This document shows positions 11,525-22,648 of a stretch of DNA of 26,882 nt, piece after piece; position 1 is the first letter of the stretch, and each line of letters begins with the position of its first letter. The notes beneath the pieces are model-generated. The model was not told the origin of the DNA, did no database searches, and worked only from the letters and a program-made list of their open reading frames with translations. The DNA comes from Octopus sinensis (lineage: Eukaryota). The stretch spans positions 1 to 26,882 of the forward strand of contig NW_021834091.1 of the NCBI RefSeq assembly GCF_006345805.1, in the 5' to 3' direction. The position numbers and the translations under genes are program-made.

Positions 11525-11737
11525 CGGTGGCTAGCTGGTAGAATCGTTAGCATGCTGGACAAAATGCGTAGCGTTATTTCGCCCGTCGCTACGTTCTGAG
11601 TTCAAATTTCGCAGAGGTCGACTTTGCCTTTCATCCTTTCGAGGTCGACAAATTGAGTATCAGTGAAACACTGGGGTCGATGTAATCGACTATTCCCCTC
11701 CCCATAAATTTCAGGTCTTGTATCCATAGTAGAAAGG
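11525..11737 (+). mobile_element. Full-length tRNA-SINE, same family as 11219-11434
   Basis: Colinear homology over head, core and tail. Confidence 0.9.
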
Positions 11738-11749
11738 ATTATTATTATT

Positions 11750-12309
11750 GAGTGAGAGAGCCGTACATGCCAACAAAGTGACACTGGGGTAAAATATACG
11801 AAGCCCAGTATACCCATCATGACTACCCGTCTGACAAGGGTACACCAGGTACATACATCACAATCATATGTGCACGACATAGTGATCTTATATCAAGATA
11901 AACAGTACATAACTTTGCAGGTGGGGCCCAGTTAGACTTTTTTTCAGATCGAGTAGCCAATCCCACTCAAAAGGTCCCCGAATAAGGGTTGATTAAGGAT
12001 GTTAAACGAAACACCCATGTTTCCAGAAGTGAATTATCCAAACCCCAAAGAACTCCTCTCAACACATTACTAACCCCCATTACTTCTGCTCGTAACCATA
12101 GATGCACATATCGTCAGCTACCAAGGGACATGTTCAACTGGTTAAGAGTCAAACAACTGACAAGCAAACCTGTGGTATTGGGCAGAATATTTGCTGTAGC
12201 CCAGATTTTATAGCAAGACAAAACAATGTACATGATATCATTTAAGATCAGAAGCCATGAGATCCACTGTCTGGTACTGCATCAGGACACCCTGGTACTG
12301 CGTCAGGGC

Positions 12310-12311
<2 letters not shown>
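11750..12311 (-). mobile_element. ~560-bp non-coding element embedded in (TAA)n
   Basis: (ATT)n on both sides; homologous to 1-221 in inverted orientation; 21-bp tandem duplication at its 5' end (12271-12311). Confidence 0.8.
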
Positions 12312-12346
<35 letters not shown>

Positions 12347-12961
12347 GAAGGCGGCGAGCTGTCGGAATCGTCAGCACGCTGGACGAAATGCTAGGCGGTA
12401 TTTCGAGCTGGCAGAAACGTTAGCGCGTCGGGCGATATGCTTAGCGGTATTTCGTCTGCGTTACGTTGTGAGTTCAAATTCCGCCGAGGTCGACTTTGCC
12501 TTTCATCCTTTCGGGGTCGATAAATTAAGTACCAGTTACGCACTGGGGTCGATGTAATCGACTTAATACCTATGTCTGTCCTTGTTTGTCCGCTCTGTGT
12601 TTGGCCCCTTGTGGGTAATAAAGAAATAGGTATTTCGTCTGCTGCTACGTTCTGAGTTCAAATTCCGCCAAGGTCGACTTTGCCTTTCATCCTTTCGGGG
12701 TCGATTAAATAAGTACCAGTTACGCACTGGGGTCGATATAATCGACTTAATCCGTTTGTCTGTCTTTGTTTGTCTCCTCTATGTTTAGCCCCTTGTGAGT
12801 AGTAAAGAAATAGGTATTTCGCCCGTCGCTACGTTCTGAGTTCAAATTCCGCCGAGGTCGACTTTTCCTTTCATCCTTTCGGGGTCGATGAAACAAGTAC
12901 CAAGGAAACACTGGTACTTATTCCCCACCTCCCCCAAGCTGCCCTTGTGGCAAAAATTTGA
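12347..12961 (+). mobile_element. Nested/tandem tRNA-SINE cluster (2 heads, 3 bodies)
   Basis: GGTATTTCG at 12397, 12446, 12629, 12813; bodies repeat at 183/184-bp spacing. Confidence 0.92.
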
Positions 12962-13446
12962 CGTAAAAATGACTATTATCATCATCACCATCATCATCAC
13001 TTTCGATATTACAGAAGATGTCTTCAGATTCGTTTATGACACAATTATGGCAACACAGTTATGTGCTGATTCCTCTACTGGCTTCTTTGTTCTTTTCGTG
13101 TTTTTTTCCCAACTTAAAGTTAGACTTCTTGGAATAAAAACAAGAGTTGTTTTGTAAGCCAGAATATTAAAGAAAAGAGAAAACAAATTGATATCGCAAG
13201 CAGACGATGTCTACATCAACCTACATTGCTTGAAAAAATCTACAAAATTTTCCGTAATAACGGCTGCGTTATCAGTTGATTTGTCTCGATAGAAAGCAGT
13301 CACAGAAGCTATGCTGCTAACGATTAGACGGTTATTCAATGGTTTGCATTATGAAACACATATATGTTACATTCTGAAAAAAAATATATATTAATAGTTA
13401 TCATTATAATAGGCTGTTTAGATTAGACGGAGAAATGCGCTTTCAG

Positions 13447-13790
<344 letters not shown>

Positions 13791-14130
13791 GAGAGAGAAG
13801 GGGAGAGCGAGAAACATGAGCGTGTGAGGGGGGTGCGTGCGTGTGTGTGTGTGATTTTAATATTCATGAATTACTTTATGAATATTTCTTGAAGTAGCTG
13901 ACGCCAAGCGAATATATACAAACCGAAGAGAAGTAATATACTGGTTGGTTCACTTAGTCTACAGGGAAGTAAGCGCTAACCCGCTGAGTGTGTATACATA
14001 CACGCACACACACACGCACACACACACACGCATACACACACGCATATATACATATAGATACATACATATGTATTTATGCATGCACACACATATATATATG
14101 ATATTTTTTTTATGTTACTCATCATATACA

Positions 14131-14186
14131 ACTGCTACTTAAGTTTCACGACCGAAAAGCCATCTGCATTTCATCAGGGATGCAGT
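14131..14186 (-). ncRNA. Hammerhead ribozyme-like motif (stem I displaced) in a Penelope-like remnant
   Basis: ACUGC-AUCC-CUGAUGA-A-AUG(16 nt)CGU-GAAAC-UUAA-GUA-GCAGU; palindromic stem III ACUUAAGU; an inverted degenerate copy lies at 14301-14334 (+). Confidence 0.55.
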
Positions 14187-14464
14187 ATTTCACCTAAAAT
14201 GCAGGCTTGAACCTACAGCACCTTCCCCTTTGAACGCTTGAACCTTTCCGTTTCAAGAAAGGAAGGACTGGATGTGCATTTTTGGTAAAGCATTATATTC
14301 CAGACGAAGTGCAGATGGCCTCTTCACGAAGCAGTTTTATGTCTTAAAGAAGACAGTGTATAATCTCTGAATATAAAACATACTGAATTCACTTCACTCG
14401 AAACTCACACAACAATTATTCTTATTCTTCTAATTAGTATGTATGTATAATTAGTATGTATGTA

Positions 14465-14814
14465 CGAGGGTGAGTCAAAAAGTAATGCCATTTTGTTTAG
14501 GACAGCTTGCCTCTCAAATCCTCTTTTACGAGGCCGAAGAGATGACAGCCTGAAGATGCTAAATTATTCCAGTGACGAGGAAGTGAAAACTGTAGCGAAG
14601 AAGTGGCTCAAAGAACAGTCAACAGAATTTTACAGGGCAGGGATACATGCTCTCATTCAAAGGTGGAACATTGCTATTGAGAGAAACAGTGACTATGTTG
14701 AGAAGTAGGGATGCGATCCACGGAGGACCAGCTTCATTTTGATGTATGATACATGTTCCTGTGTCAGTAATTATACCTCTCCTAAACAAAATAGCATTAC
14801 TTTTCGACACACAC

Positions 14815-14815
<1 letters not shown>
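14465..14815 (+). mobile_element. Internally deleted mariner element with TIRs and TA TSD
   Basis: TIRs cgagggtgagtcaaaaagtaatgccattttgtttagga / tcctaaacaaaatagcattacttttcgacacacacg; TA on both sides; SSDEEVKTVAKKWLKEQSTEFYRAGIHALIQRWNIAIERNSDYVEK* is a mariner transposase C-terminus. Confidence 0.92.
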
Positions 14816-14902
<87 letters not shown>

Positions 14903-14918
14903 TATATTAATACATATA
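14816..14918. repeat. (TA)n microsatellite
   Basis: Direct reading. Confidence 0.97.
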
Positions 14919-15037
14919 TGAGAGGGAATCCACTAAAAGTGAGCTCCCTTACGCCACCCACTAAAAGTTGTTCTCAAGAAAACATTTAGCACACACCATG
15001 AACGTAAGCGGGCAGGACAAATGAAAAATAATAAAAA

Positions 15038-15128
15038 TATAGATTAACCCTATACAATTGTTTCACTGTTGATAAATTATGCAATTTTACTTACACAATT
15101 AATTCGCAGATCGTCAGTAGAGTCTATA
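15038..15128 (-). ncRNA. Type-I hammerhead ribozyme motif with intact core
   Basis: ACUCUA-CUGACGA-U-CUG(long loop)CAG-U-GAAAC-AAUU-GUA^UAGGGU; stem I extends with UAUAGA/UCUAUA; palindromic stem III ACAAUUGU. Confidence 0.72.
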
Positions 15129-15264
15129 TATGTATTAATAATATTTACTGAATCTCAGTTTATTTTATGCGCTAAACTATTGGTGTTAAACTGATATTAT
15201 TAGATTAATATACAATTTTTCACCCTCATTTATATATATATATATATACACACACATATACATA

Positions 15265-15470
15265 CAATGTTCCCTCGCCATATCCCGGTTCACCTAAGCT
15301 AACGTCGATTCCTCCGCGGTGTTGTTTTGCCTTTATAATGAAATAGATATATGCAAATCATAAAAATAGAAACTGAAAACATACAGTACAGTACTGTTTC
15401 TACTTCGCGGATTTTCACCTATCGCGGGTGGTTTTGGAACGTAACACCCGTGGTAGTCGAGGGATTACAG
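15265..15470. mobile_element. pogo/Tigger-like MITE
   Basis: Imperfect TIRs TA|caatgttccctcg ... cgagggattacag; typical subterminal ttttcacctatcgcgggtggttttggaacgtaacacccg. Confidence 0.65.
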
Positions 15471-15534
15471 GATATAGTATATCATATCTTTATACAAAGG
15501 CTTTATATATGGCTTGATCAATTTGCATTACAGG

Positions 15535-15560
15535 TACTGCTGTTGCTGCTGCTGCTGCTT

Positions 15561-15621
<61 letters not shown>

Positions 15622-15641
15622 ATACACAAACATACACCCAA

Positions 15642-15683
<42 letters not shown>

Positions 15684-15690
15684 TATTCAT
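15535..15690. repeat. (CTG)n/(CTA)n/(TA)n microsatellite
   Basis: Direct reading. Confidence 0.95.
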
Positions 15691-16150
15691 AGGTATAGAA
15701 ATAGATTTTCGTTTTAGATATATAAAATAGTTGGCGATAAAAAATGAACAAAATGAAATCGAAAGCAAATGATAATTTTCATAAATGGTAATATCTTTAT
15801 ATTTCGTAATAGCTAACACATGTGTAAATATATGTATATATATATATAAAAATAATGGATGATATGATGAAAGATGGGAAGATGGCGTAGCAGTTATAAA
15901 GATCGTTAATGACGAAGATCTGACATAAAAGAACTGCTTCCAAGAATATATTCAACTGATAAATCATATTGATTCTATTTTAAATGTTATGTTTATGTAT
16001 TTGTTTCGCAAGATTCTTGATGTGAAATGGTGTGTTGAAACAGATGTTGTTATATTTCGGGACGGTCATTTTTCTTGGCAAATAAACACACGCACTGTAT
16101 GTTCGTTCTTCATTCGTTTATTATTGTTCTTATTTTATCGTATGTCCATT

Positions 16151-16193
16151 GTCTGGAAACCTTTCGTCACACACCTGTGGCCTCTTCAGCGAC
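16151..16193 (-). ncRNA. Degenerate hammerhead-like motif (Penelope pLTR type)
   Basis: GUCG-CUGAAGA-G-GCCAC(6)GUGAC-GAAA-GGUUUC-CAGAC; stem III is disrupted. Confidence 0.4.
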
Positions 16194-16368
16194 TCTTCCG
16201 TTCCATTCAATGAATCTCTACTTTAGAATTTCTTGTATTCGTTCGATTCTGATATTTCCATTCTGCGTGAATATCAATTTGCCAATTTTCAAATTAATTT
16301 ATTCTCGAAACTGTCTTTCTTTCTTTTTTCGTTTTTCTTTTTTTTTTTTTGCATTATACGGATTGTAA

Positions 16369-16514
16369 AGACGGTAAGTTGGTACCATCGATAGCACAGC
16401 CGGACTAAATACTTAGCGGTATTTCGTCCGTCTTTACATTCTGAGTTCAGATTCCACCGAGGTCATCTTTTCTGGTCGATGAAATAAAGTACCAGTTAAA
16501 TATTGGGGATCGAT
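16369..16514 (+). mobile_element. Decayed tRNA-SINE, truncated by the RTE LINE
   Basis: cttagcggtatttcgtccgtctttacattctgagttcagattccaccgaggtc...gtcgatgaaataaagtaccag. Confidence 0.75.
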
Positions 16515-19254
16515 GTAGGAAACATGGGATTGAGAGTTCCAACAGTAATGGTTTGCTACTGTTACAAACGTGCGTAGAAATGGATTTGTGTGTCCTAAAT
16601 ACAATGTTTCGACTAAAAAATAAGTATAAAGCGACATGGATGCACCCTGGTTCTAAGAAATGGCATCTTATAGATTACATCCTCACCAGGAAACGAGATA
16701 CTTGGGACTTTGCTATTGTACGAGTGATGCGTGGTGCCGAGTGCTGGACTGATCATAGGCTTTTGCGTGCCAAGGTGAATTTTGTTGTCAAGCCTAAGGT
16801 TAGAACAAATAATGACAAATTATCTAAACTTAAGATTCCGTCAGTACGCAGTGAGTTTGTGAGTGAGATAAATAATTTGTCCTGTGATGGAAGCTGGAAG
16901 TCATTCAAGGAAAGAGTGTACAAGAGTTGTAGTAACATTCTTGGCTTTGTTGTAAAAGAAACACCAAGAGGAGAAGCGAAAGGCATTTAACATGTTGCAA
17001 AATGTTGACATGTCAGCGAACAGGATAGTGGCTACATGTTCCAAGGCAGTAAAAGCAACAGTGCAGAGGAAGCTACGGATGATACAGGAAAATTGGTGGA
17101 GTGATAGATGTGATGAAATCCAAGAAACTTCAAATGCTAACAATTCCAAACATTTTTACTCTCTCTAGAAAAAAGTTTATGGACCAGTTTCATCAAAGGT
17201 TGCACCACTTCGGAGCAAGGATGGCACAGAATTATTAACAAATCCTAAAGATATTGTTGGGAGATGAAAAGAGCATTTTGATGAGTTGCTCAATAAACCC
17301 ACTGAAGATGACCACTCTTTTCTTGATAATATACCTGAGAGACCAACAAAACATCTTTTAGCAGATGTTCCAAACCTGGCTGAAACAAAAGCAGCAATCA
17401 GGAAATTGAACAATGGAAGGCCCTTGGTATGGACTCGTTGCAGAGATATATAAATATGGTGGTGATCATCTTTGTGAAATGTTGACGGATGTGATTCAGA
17501 GGGTTTGGCAAAGTGAAGAGGTTCTTCCGGATTGGCCTGATGCAACTATGGAGATACTATATAAATCTAAAGGTGGAAAGGATGTCTGTGATAATTATTG
17601 CGGCATCTGTCTGTTAGCTGTTGCTGGAAAGGTCTTCTGTAGGATAATGCTGGATAGATTTCTTCTGCACATTGCTGATGAGGTTCTACCAGAATCGCAA
17701 TGTGGGTGTAGGGACAGTAGGAGTACTATGGATATGATATTTTCGGCTAGACAGTTGCAAGAGAAGTGAATCGAACAGGATATGGACTTATACCAGGTTT
17801 TCATTGATCTAACAAAAGCGTTTGATTCTATCAATAGAATTGCACTTTGGGAGATCCTAAAAAGGCTAGGATGCCCTGAAAAATTTATGAGAATGCTTAG
17901 ACAATTTCAATACAAGATGGTAGTGGGAATTAATGTAGGAGGTACCTTATCAGATTCAATTTCTGTAGAAAATGATGTAAAGCAAGGTGATATTCCTGCT
18001 CCTACACTGTTTGCTATATATTTCGCAATAGCTTTTCAAATAGCTTTTAATGATTGCCCTGAAGGGATCTATATAAGATATAGGACAACGCGAAAACTGT
18101 TCACTCTCAAAAGACTCTGTGCCAAAACGAAAGTTCTGCATTCTCACTTCATTGAGTTTCTGTATGCAAATGATTGTGACCTGTTGGCACATTCTCAGAA
18201 AGATATGCAGCACATGGTGAATGCGATTTCTGCAGCATGTGCAGCATTGGGTCTAACAATCAATCCAAAACAAAAACTGTTATAATGAACCAGCCCACTC
18301 CCTCCAAGATGTGTATGGAACCTTTTATAACTGTGAATGGTCAAAGGTTGGAGACGTTACCTAGATTTATTTATTTAGGAAGTACCTTGAGCACTGCTGG
18401 TCTTGATGAAATTTCATGCAGAATCAGCAGGGCTAGTAGTGCTTTTGGTAGGCTTGATAGGCGTCTGTTGAAAGAACATAATATATCTTCACAAATTAAA
18501 GTTAAGGTATATAACACATGCGTCCTCTCATCTTTGCTATATGGAAGTGAGGCATGGGTTACTTACCGTAGGCAGGTAGGGCAACTGGAAAGATTTCATC
18601 AATACTGTCTGAGAAAAATTTGGGGGATAAACTGGAAAATGGCCATTAGTAATGTGGAGGTGCTTGAGAGGAGTGGCTGTAGAAGTACAGAGTCAATGAT
18701 TTTGCAAAGATGTTTGAGGTGGCGGGAGACATTTGGTAAGGATGAGTGATGAGCGACTGCCCAAGCAGCTATTGTATGGTGAGCTGGAAGATGGCAGGAG
18801 AGCAGCGCATAAGCCTAAACTAAGGTTTAAAGATTGCCTTAAAATGTTTCTAATACAGACAGGAATTGCAGCTGGTAATTGGGAGAGGGAGGCACAAGAC
18901 CGTGATGGATGGAGGAAGATAGTGCATGATGGTTGTTCAAGGTTTGAGAGGGTGAGAGTGAAGTACGAGAGAATTAGGAGGGGGCTTAGAAGGGGGGAAA
19001 CCTGTGGGAAGTGAGAGAGTGTTGCTTTTTATGTGTGTGGTTTGTAGGCGGAGATGTTTGGAGTCTGGTGAGCCATCAAAATTCTCATACAAATCGACCC
19101 ATGATAAACAATGACGTGGGTATCAAAATTCACAACAGAACATGCGCAAAAGTTTGGCCGGGCTTAAAAGTCATATAAGGGCAACAATCATGAATCATTT
19201 TAGTAAGTCTTCTTGGCAATGGCTTTTCTCGTGTAACGAGGATGTACTGCGATG
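16515..19254 (+). mobile_element. RTE-BovB-type LINE, 5'-truncated and pseudogenised (APE C-term, RT, C-terminal C2H2-like remnants)
   Basis: NSNGLLLL..TWMHPGSKKWHLIDYIL (APE); LPESQCGCRDSRSTMDMIFSARQLQEK, FIDLTKAFDSINR, VKQGDIPAPTLF, FLYANDCDL (YADD-like), YLGS, LLYGSEAW, RLPKQLLYGEL; many stops and frameshifts; CxxC..SH remnants at 19033-19190; 3' hairpin tail ctcgtgtaacgag. Confidence 0.95.
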
Positions 19255-19274
19255 TACATATACGTATGTATATA

Positions 19275-19316
<42 letters not shown>

Positions 19317-19759
19317 TGAAATCACTACATTTACCCTCGATAGCCAACTAGGTGCGTATCCCATGATAAATTTAGGCACAATAAGGGAACATAGTGGGGG
19401 AAGTGACGTGTGAGATACAGGAAGCACCTGCTGTCGTTCGTTACACAACAGGCTGTCATCATTCTCTCATTTCCTCATACACACAAAACAACGCTTATAC
19501 AACATTTTGTGGCGGATTTAGTTATCAGTGTCAGGGTAAACAAGGTCGCGATCTCGTTGGTCTTATCACCTAGCAACTAGGGAAAGAGAGGGAGAGAAAA
19601 ACAGAGGCGGGGTGGAAAGAGAAAAGGAACGCAAATAAATTGGTCACAAAACTCCGGCAACAGATTGCAATGTTAGAGACCAGACGTCGCCATTCTACGT
19701 CAGTTGAGAAGTTTGCTTTGGGAAACAACAGACTTTCTTTGAAAATAGTTGAGTTATAA

Positions 19760-20075
19760 AACAACAACGACGACGATGGCGAAGGCGATGGCGATGGCGA
19801 CGACGATGGCGAGGGCGACGATGGCGAGGGCGATGATGGCGAGGGTGACAAGAACGACTTCGATAACAACAACAACAACAACAACAGCAGCAGCAACAGC
19901 AGCAACAAAGTTAGCGACAACGAGAACGAGGGCAACAGCAACAACAACTGCAACGATAACAACAACAACGATGGCGACAGCGGTGGGTACGACGACGACG
20001 ACGACGACGACCGCAGCAAGAAAAGCAACAACAAGAGAAGCAATATCAGCGGCAACAACAACAACAACTACAAAG
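19760..20075. repeat. Compound (AAC)/(GAC)/(GGC)/(AGC) trinucleotide repeat
   Basis: Direct reading. Confidence 0.92.
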
Positions 20076-20085
20076 GCGACAACGT

Positions 20086-20518
20086 CACTCGACTGCGGCC
20101 ATCGACGCCAGGAGTTATTCTTTGTAAGCCTAGTACTTATTCTATCTTTCTCTTTTGCCAAAACGCTAAGTTACGGGGACGTAAACACACCAGCATCGGT
20201 TGTCAAGCGAAGGCGGGGTGGGGTGGGGCGAAGCACAAACATAAAGACACACGCGCGCGCGCAAAGACACATTCTGTTTGTTTCTCTCACTCTCTCTCTC
20301 TCTCTCTCCCTCTCTCACTCTATCTTGCTTGCATGAATACATACACAGCCACACACACACACACCGACGGGCTTCTTTCAGTTTCCGTCTGCGAAATCCA
20401 CTTACAAAGGCTTTGGTCAGCCCAAGGCTATAGTAAAAGACACTTCCCCAAGGTGCCATGCAGTGGGACTAAACCTGGAACCATGGGGGTTAGGAAGCAA
20501 GCTACTTACTTCACAGCC
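20086..20518 (-). mobile_element. tRNA-SINE (head, central domain, internal microsatellite, partial tail)
   Basis: Minus: ggctgtgaagtaagtagcttgcttcc...ggtttagtccc, ggcaccttggggaagtgtc...gacggaaactgaaagaagcccgtcg; its 3' part is homologous to 1501-1695. Confidence 0.8.
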
Positions 20519-20593
20519 GAAAACACACACACACACGAACATTCTGTCTGTTTCTCTCTCACTCTATCTTACTCGCATGCATAAGCACAGACT

Positions 20594-20624
<31 letters not shown>

Positions 20625-21186
20625 ACAGGCATACACACACACACAAACTCATACACACACTCACGCACATTCTGTCTGTTTCGCTCTATCTTATTTCCTT
20701 ATTACCCACAAGGGGCTAAACATGGAGGGGACAAACAAGGACAGACAAACGGATTAAGTCGATTATATAGACCCCAGTGCATAACTGGTACTTAATTTAT
20801 CGACCCCGAAAGGATGAAAGGCAAAGTCGACCTCGGCGGAATTTGAACTCAGAACATAACGACAGACGAGATACTGCTAAACATTCCGCCCGGCGTGCTA
20901 ACGTTTCTGCCAGCTCGACGTCTTTTCGCTGTATCTTGCTTGCATGCATACACACGCGCGCGCACACACAAGCACGCACACACGCACACACGCACACACG
21001 CACACACAAGCACGCACACACGCACATGCCCATAGACACACGCGCGTACATTCTGTCTGTTTCTATCTTTATTGTATGCATACCTACGCACACACACACA
21101 CACACTCATAGATGCACACGTGCGCACATTCTGTCTGTTTCGCTCTCTGTAACTTGCATGCACAACACACACACACACAACACAAA

Positions 21187-21219
<33 letters not shown>

Positions 21220-21241
21220 CATACACACACACACACACAAC

Positions 21242-21278
<37 letters not shown>

Positions 21279-21350
21279 CATACACACACACACACACACA
21301 CACACATACACACACATATACACTCACTCACGCCATCACATACACATGAA
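20270..21350. repeat. Composite minisatellite: ~40-bp motif CATTCTGTCTGTTTC..TATCTTGCTTGCATG alternating with (CA)n
   Basis: Motif at ~20270, 20540, 20668, 21049, 21127. Confidence 0.8.
20693..20923 (-). mobile_element. Full-length tRNA-SINE with Tx1-like tail and 14-bp TSD
   Basis: Reverse complement of the 12406-12628 type; TSD tttcgctctatctt (20679-20692) / tttcgctgtatctt (20924-20937). Confidence 0.92.
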
Positions 21351-21456
21351 TCACAAAGACAAGCAATTTTTGTTAGAGAAAAAAAAACAATTTTTCCAGC
21401 CTGATTTTGGTTTTCAGGAATAATCAAATATTAAGAGAATTTCAAGGAAAAACAAA

Positions 21457-21487
<31 letters not shown>

Positions 21488-21815
21488 TTAGAAGCAAAAA
21501 TTAAAAAAAACGAAAATTAAAAAAATTCCGCAACATATGAAAGAACGAAAACAAAAATGTAAAACAAAGGAAAACAAGAGAAAAAAATCGCAACAAAACA
21601 GGCTAATTTGTGTCGGTCAACATGTTTGAGGCATTTTTAAATGTCAAACAACGACTTCGGAAAATACCAGAGGATCAGCTTCAAATTGAGATTAGGGAAT
21701 AGAGCAGAGGAATGGAGCGTGCGAGCGTGCGAGTGTTTGTGTAGATATATGTATGTATGCTTATGTATATATGTATATATATTATATATATATATATATA
21801 TATATTATATAATAT

Positions 21816-21859
<44 letters not shown>

Positions 21860-21860
21860 A

Positions 21861-22648
21861 TAGGTTAACAGTAAAAATAATTACAGACATGGACAAGAAC
21901 ATGAAACACCACAGAGACGACACAAGAACCATAGGACGGGACATTCGAAGCCCTCATCATCAGTCAAGAACCAGATCATCTTAGCAATTTCGGCTGATTA
22001 ATCTTGAGATTGCTCCGATTGGGCAGCCCGCCAAGGGAAATCTAAGCCAAGCGCATTAGATCCCCTGGAAGAAAGCTTCGAATGTAACAACAACGACACG
22101 AGGACGGAAAACGAACGAAGTACACGAACAAAAATACAGAATACGTGACACCAATAATGATACAAAAACGTAAAAACAATAACGGTAAAAATAAAAAACA
22201 AAACAACCAGGACGTAAGACAAGGGTCTTTCGACAGGCGAGTTGAGTTTAGGGCTGGCTTATGAGTTGTGCCTAATGGCCGCAGGGAGACGAACATACGT
22301 GTTGCTTCGGCGACTGCTGGAACGAAAAGAGCGCTCAACAGTGGCTGGCGGTCACGTGAGAAACAAAAGACAGGAGAAAGTGACAGATGAAAAGAGAGAG
22401 AAGGTGGACGAGGGAGGAGAAGAAAGAGACAGATCGAGGGGACTGGAGGTGAGAGAGATAGAGAAACGTAGAAGGGGGGGGGGAAGACGGATGGAGAGGG
22501 AAAGAAGGAAGGGAAAAAGGGAGGAGAGAGAGAGAGAGAAAGAGACAGATCAAGATTCGTATCAATGCTAGAGAAAAAATATACTTATCGTATAAGGACA
22601 ATTGTGGATACGTAGCCGCCGATTATATAGGTAACAGTAAAAATAATT

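Noticed and set aside
13015-13153. Possible exon (ttacag|...TT|gtaagc, one open frame DVFRFVYDTIMATQLC...)
   Set aside because: Weak splice signals, no recognisable protein, and its end phase is incompatible with the 26293 exon; cannot be supported without RNA data
16511-16517. CGATGTA as TSD of the RTE-BovB copy (repeated near 19250-19256)
   Set aside because: The remainder of the interrupted SINE does not follow the LINE, so the match is probably coincidental or microhomology
16553-19014. Active reverse transcriptase gene
   Set aside because: Multiple stops and frameshifts, YADD changed to YAND, and 5' truncation
19749-20336. 195-aa Thr/Ala-rich mucin-like ORF
   Set aside because: Arises from a trinucleotide repeat running into a SINE
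20270-21350. CRISPR-like repeat/spacer pattern
   Set aside because: Repeats are degenerate, spacers are (CA)n of unequal length, the context is eukaryotic and there are no cas genes
21983-22014. Minus-strand agcaat-CUCAAGA...cagcc-GAAA-ttgct
   Set aside because: Core altered, no stem II pairing; only a short inverted repeat is supported
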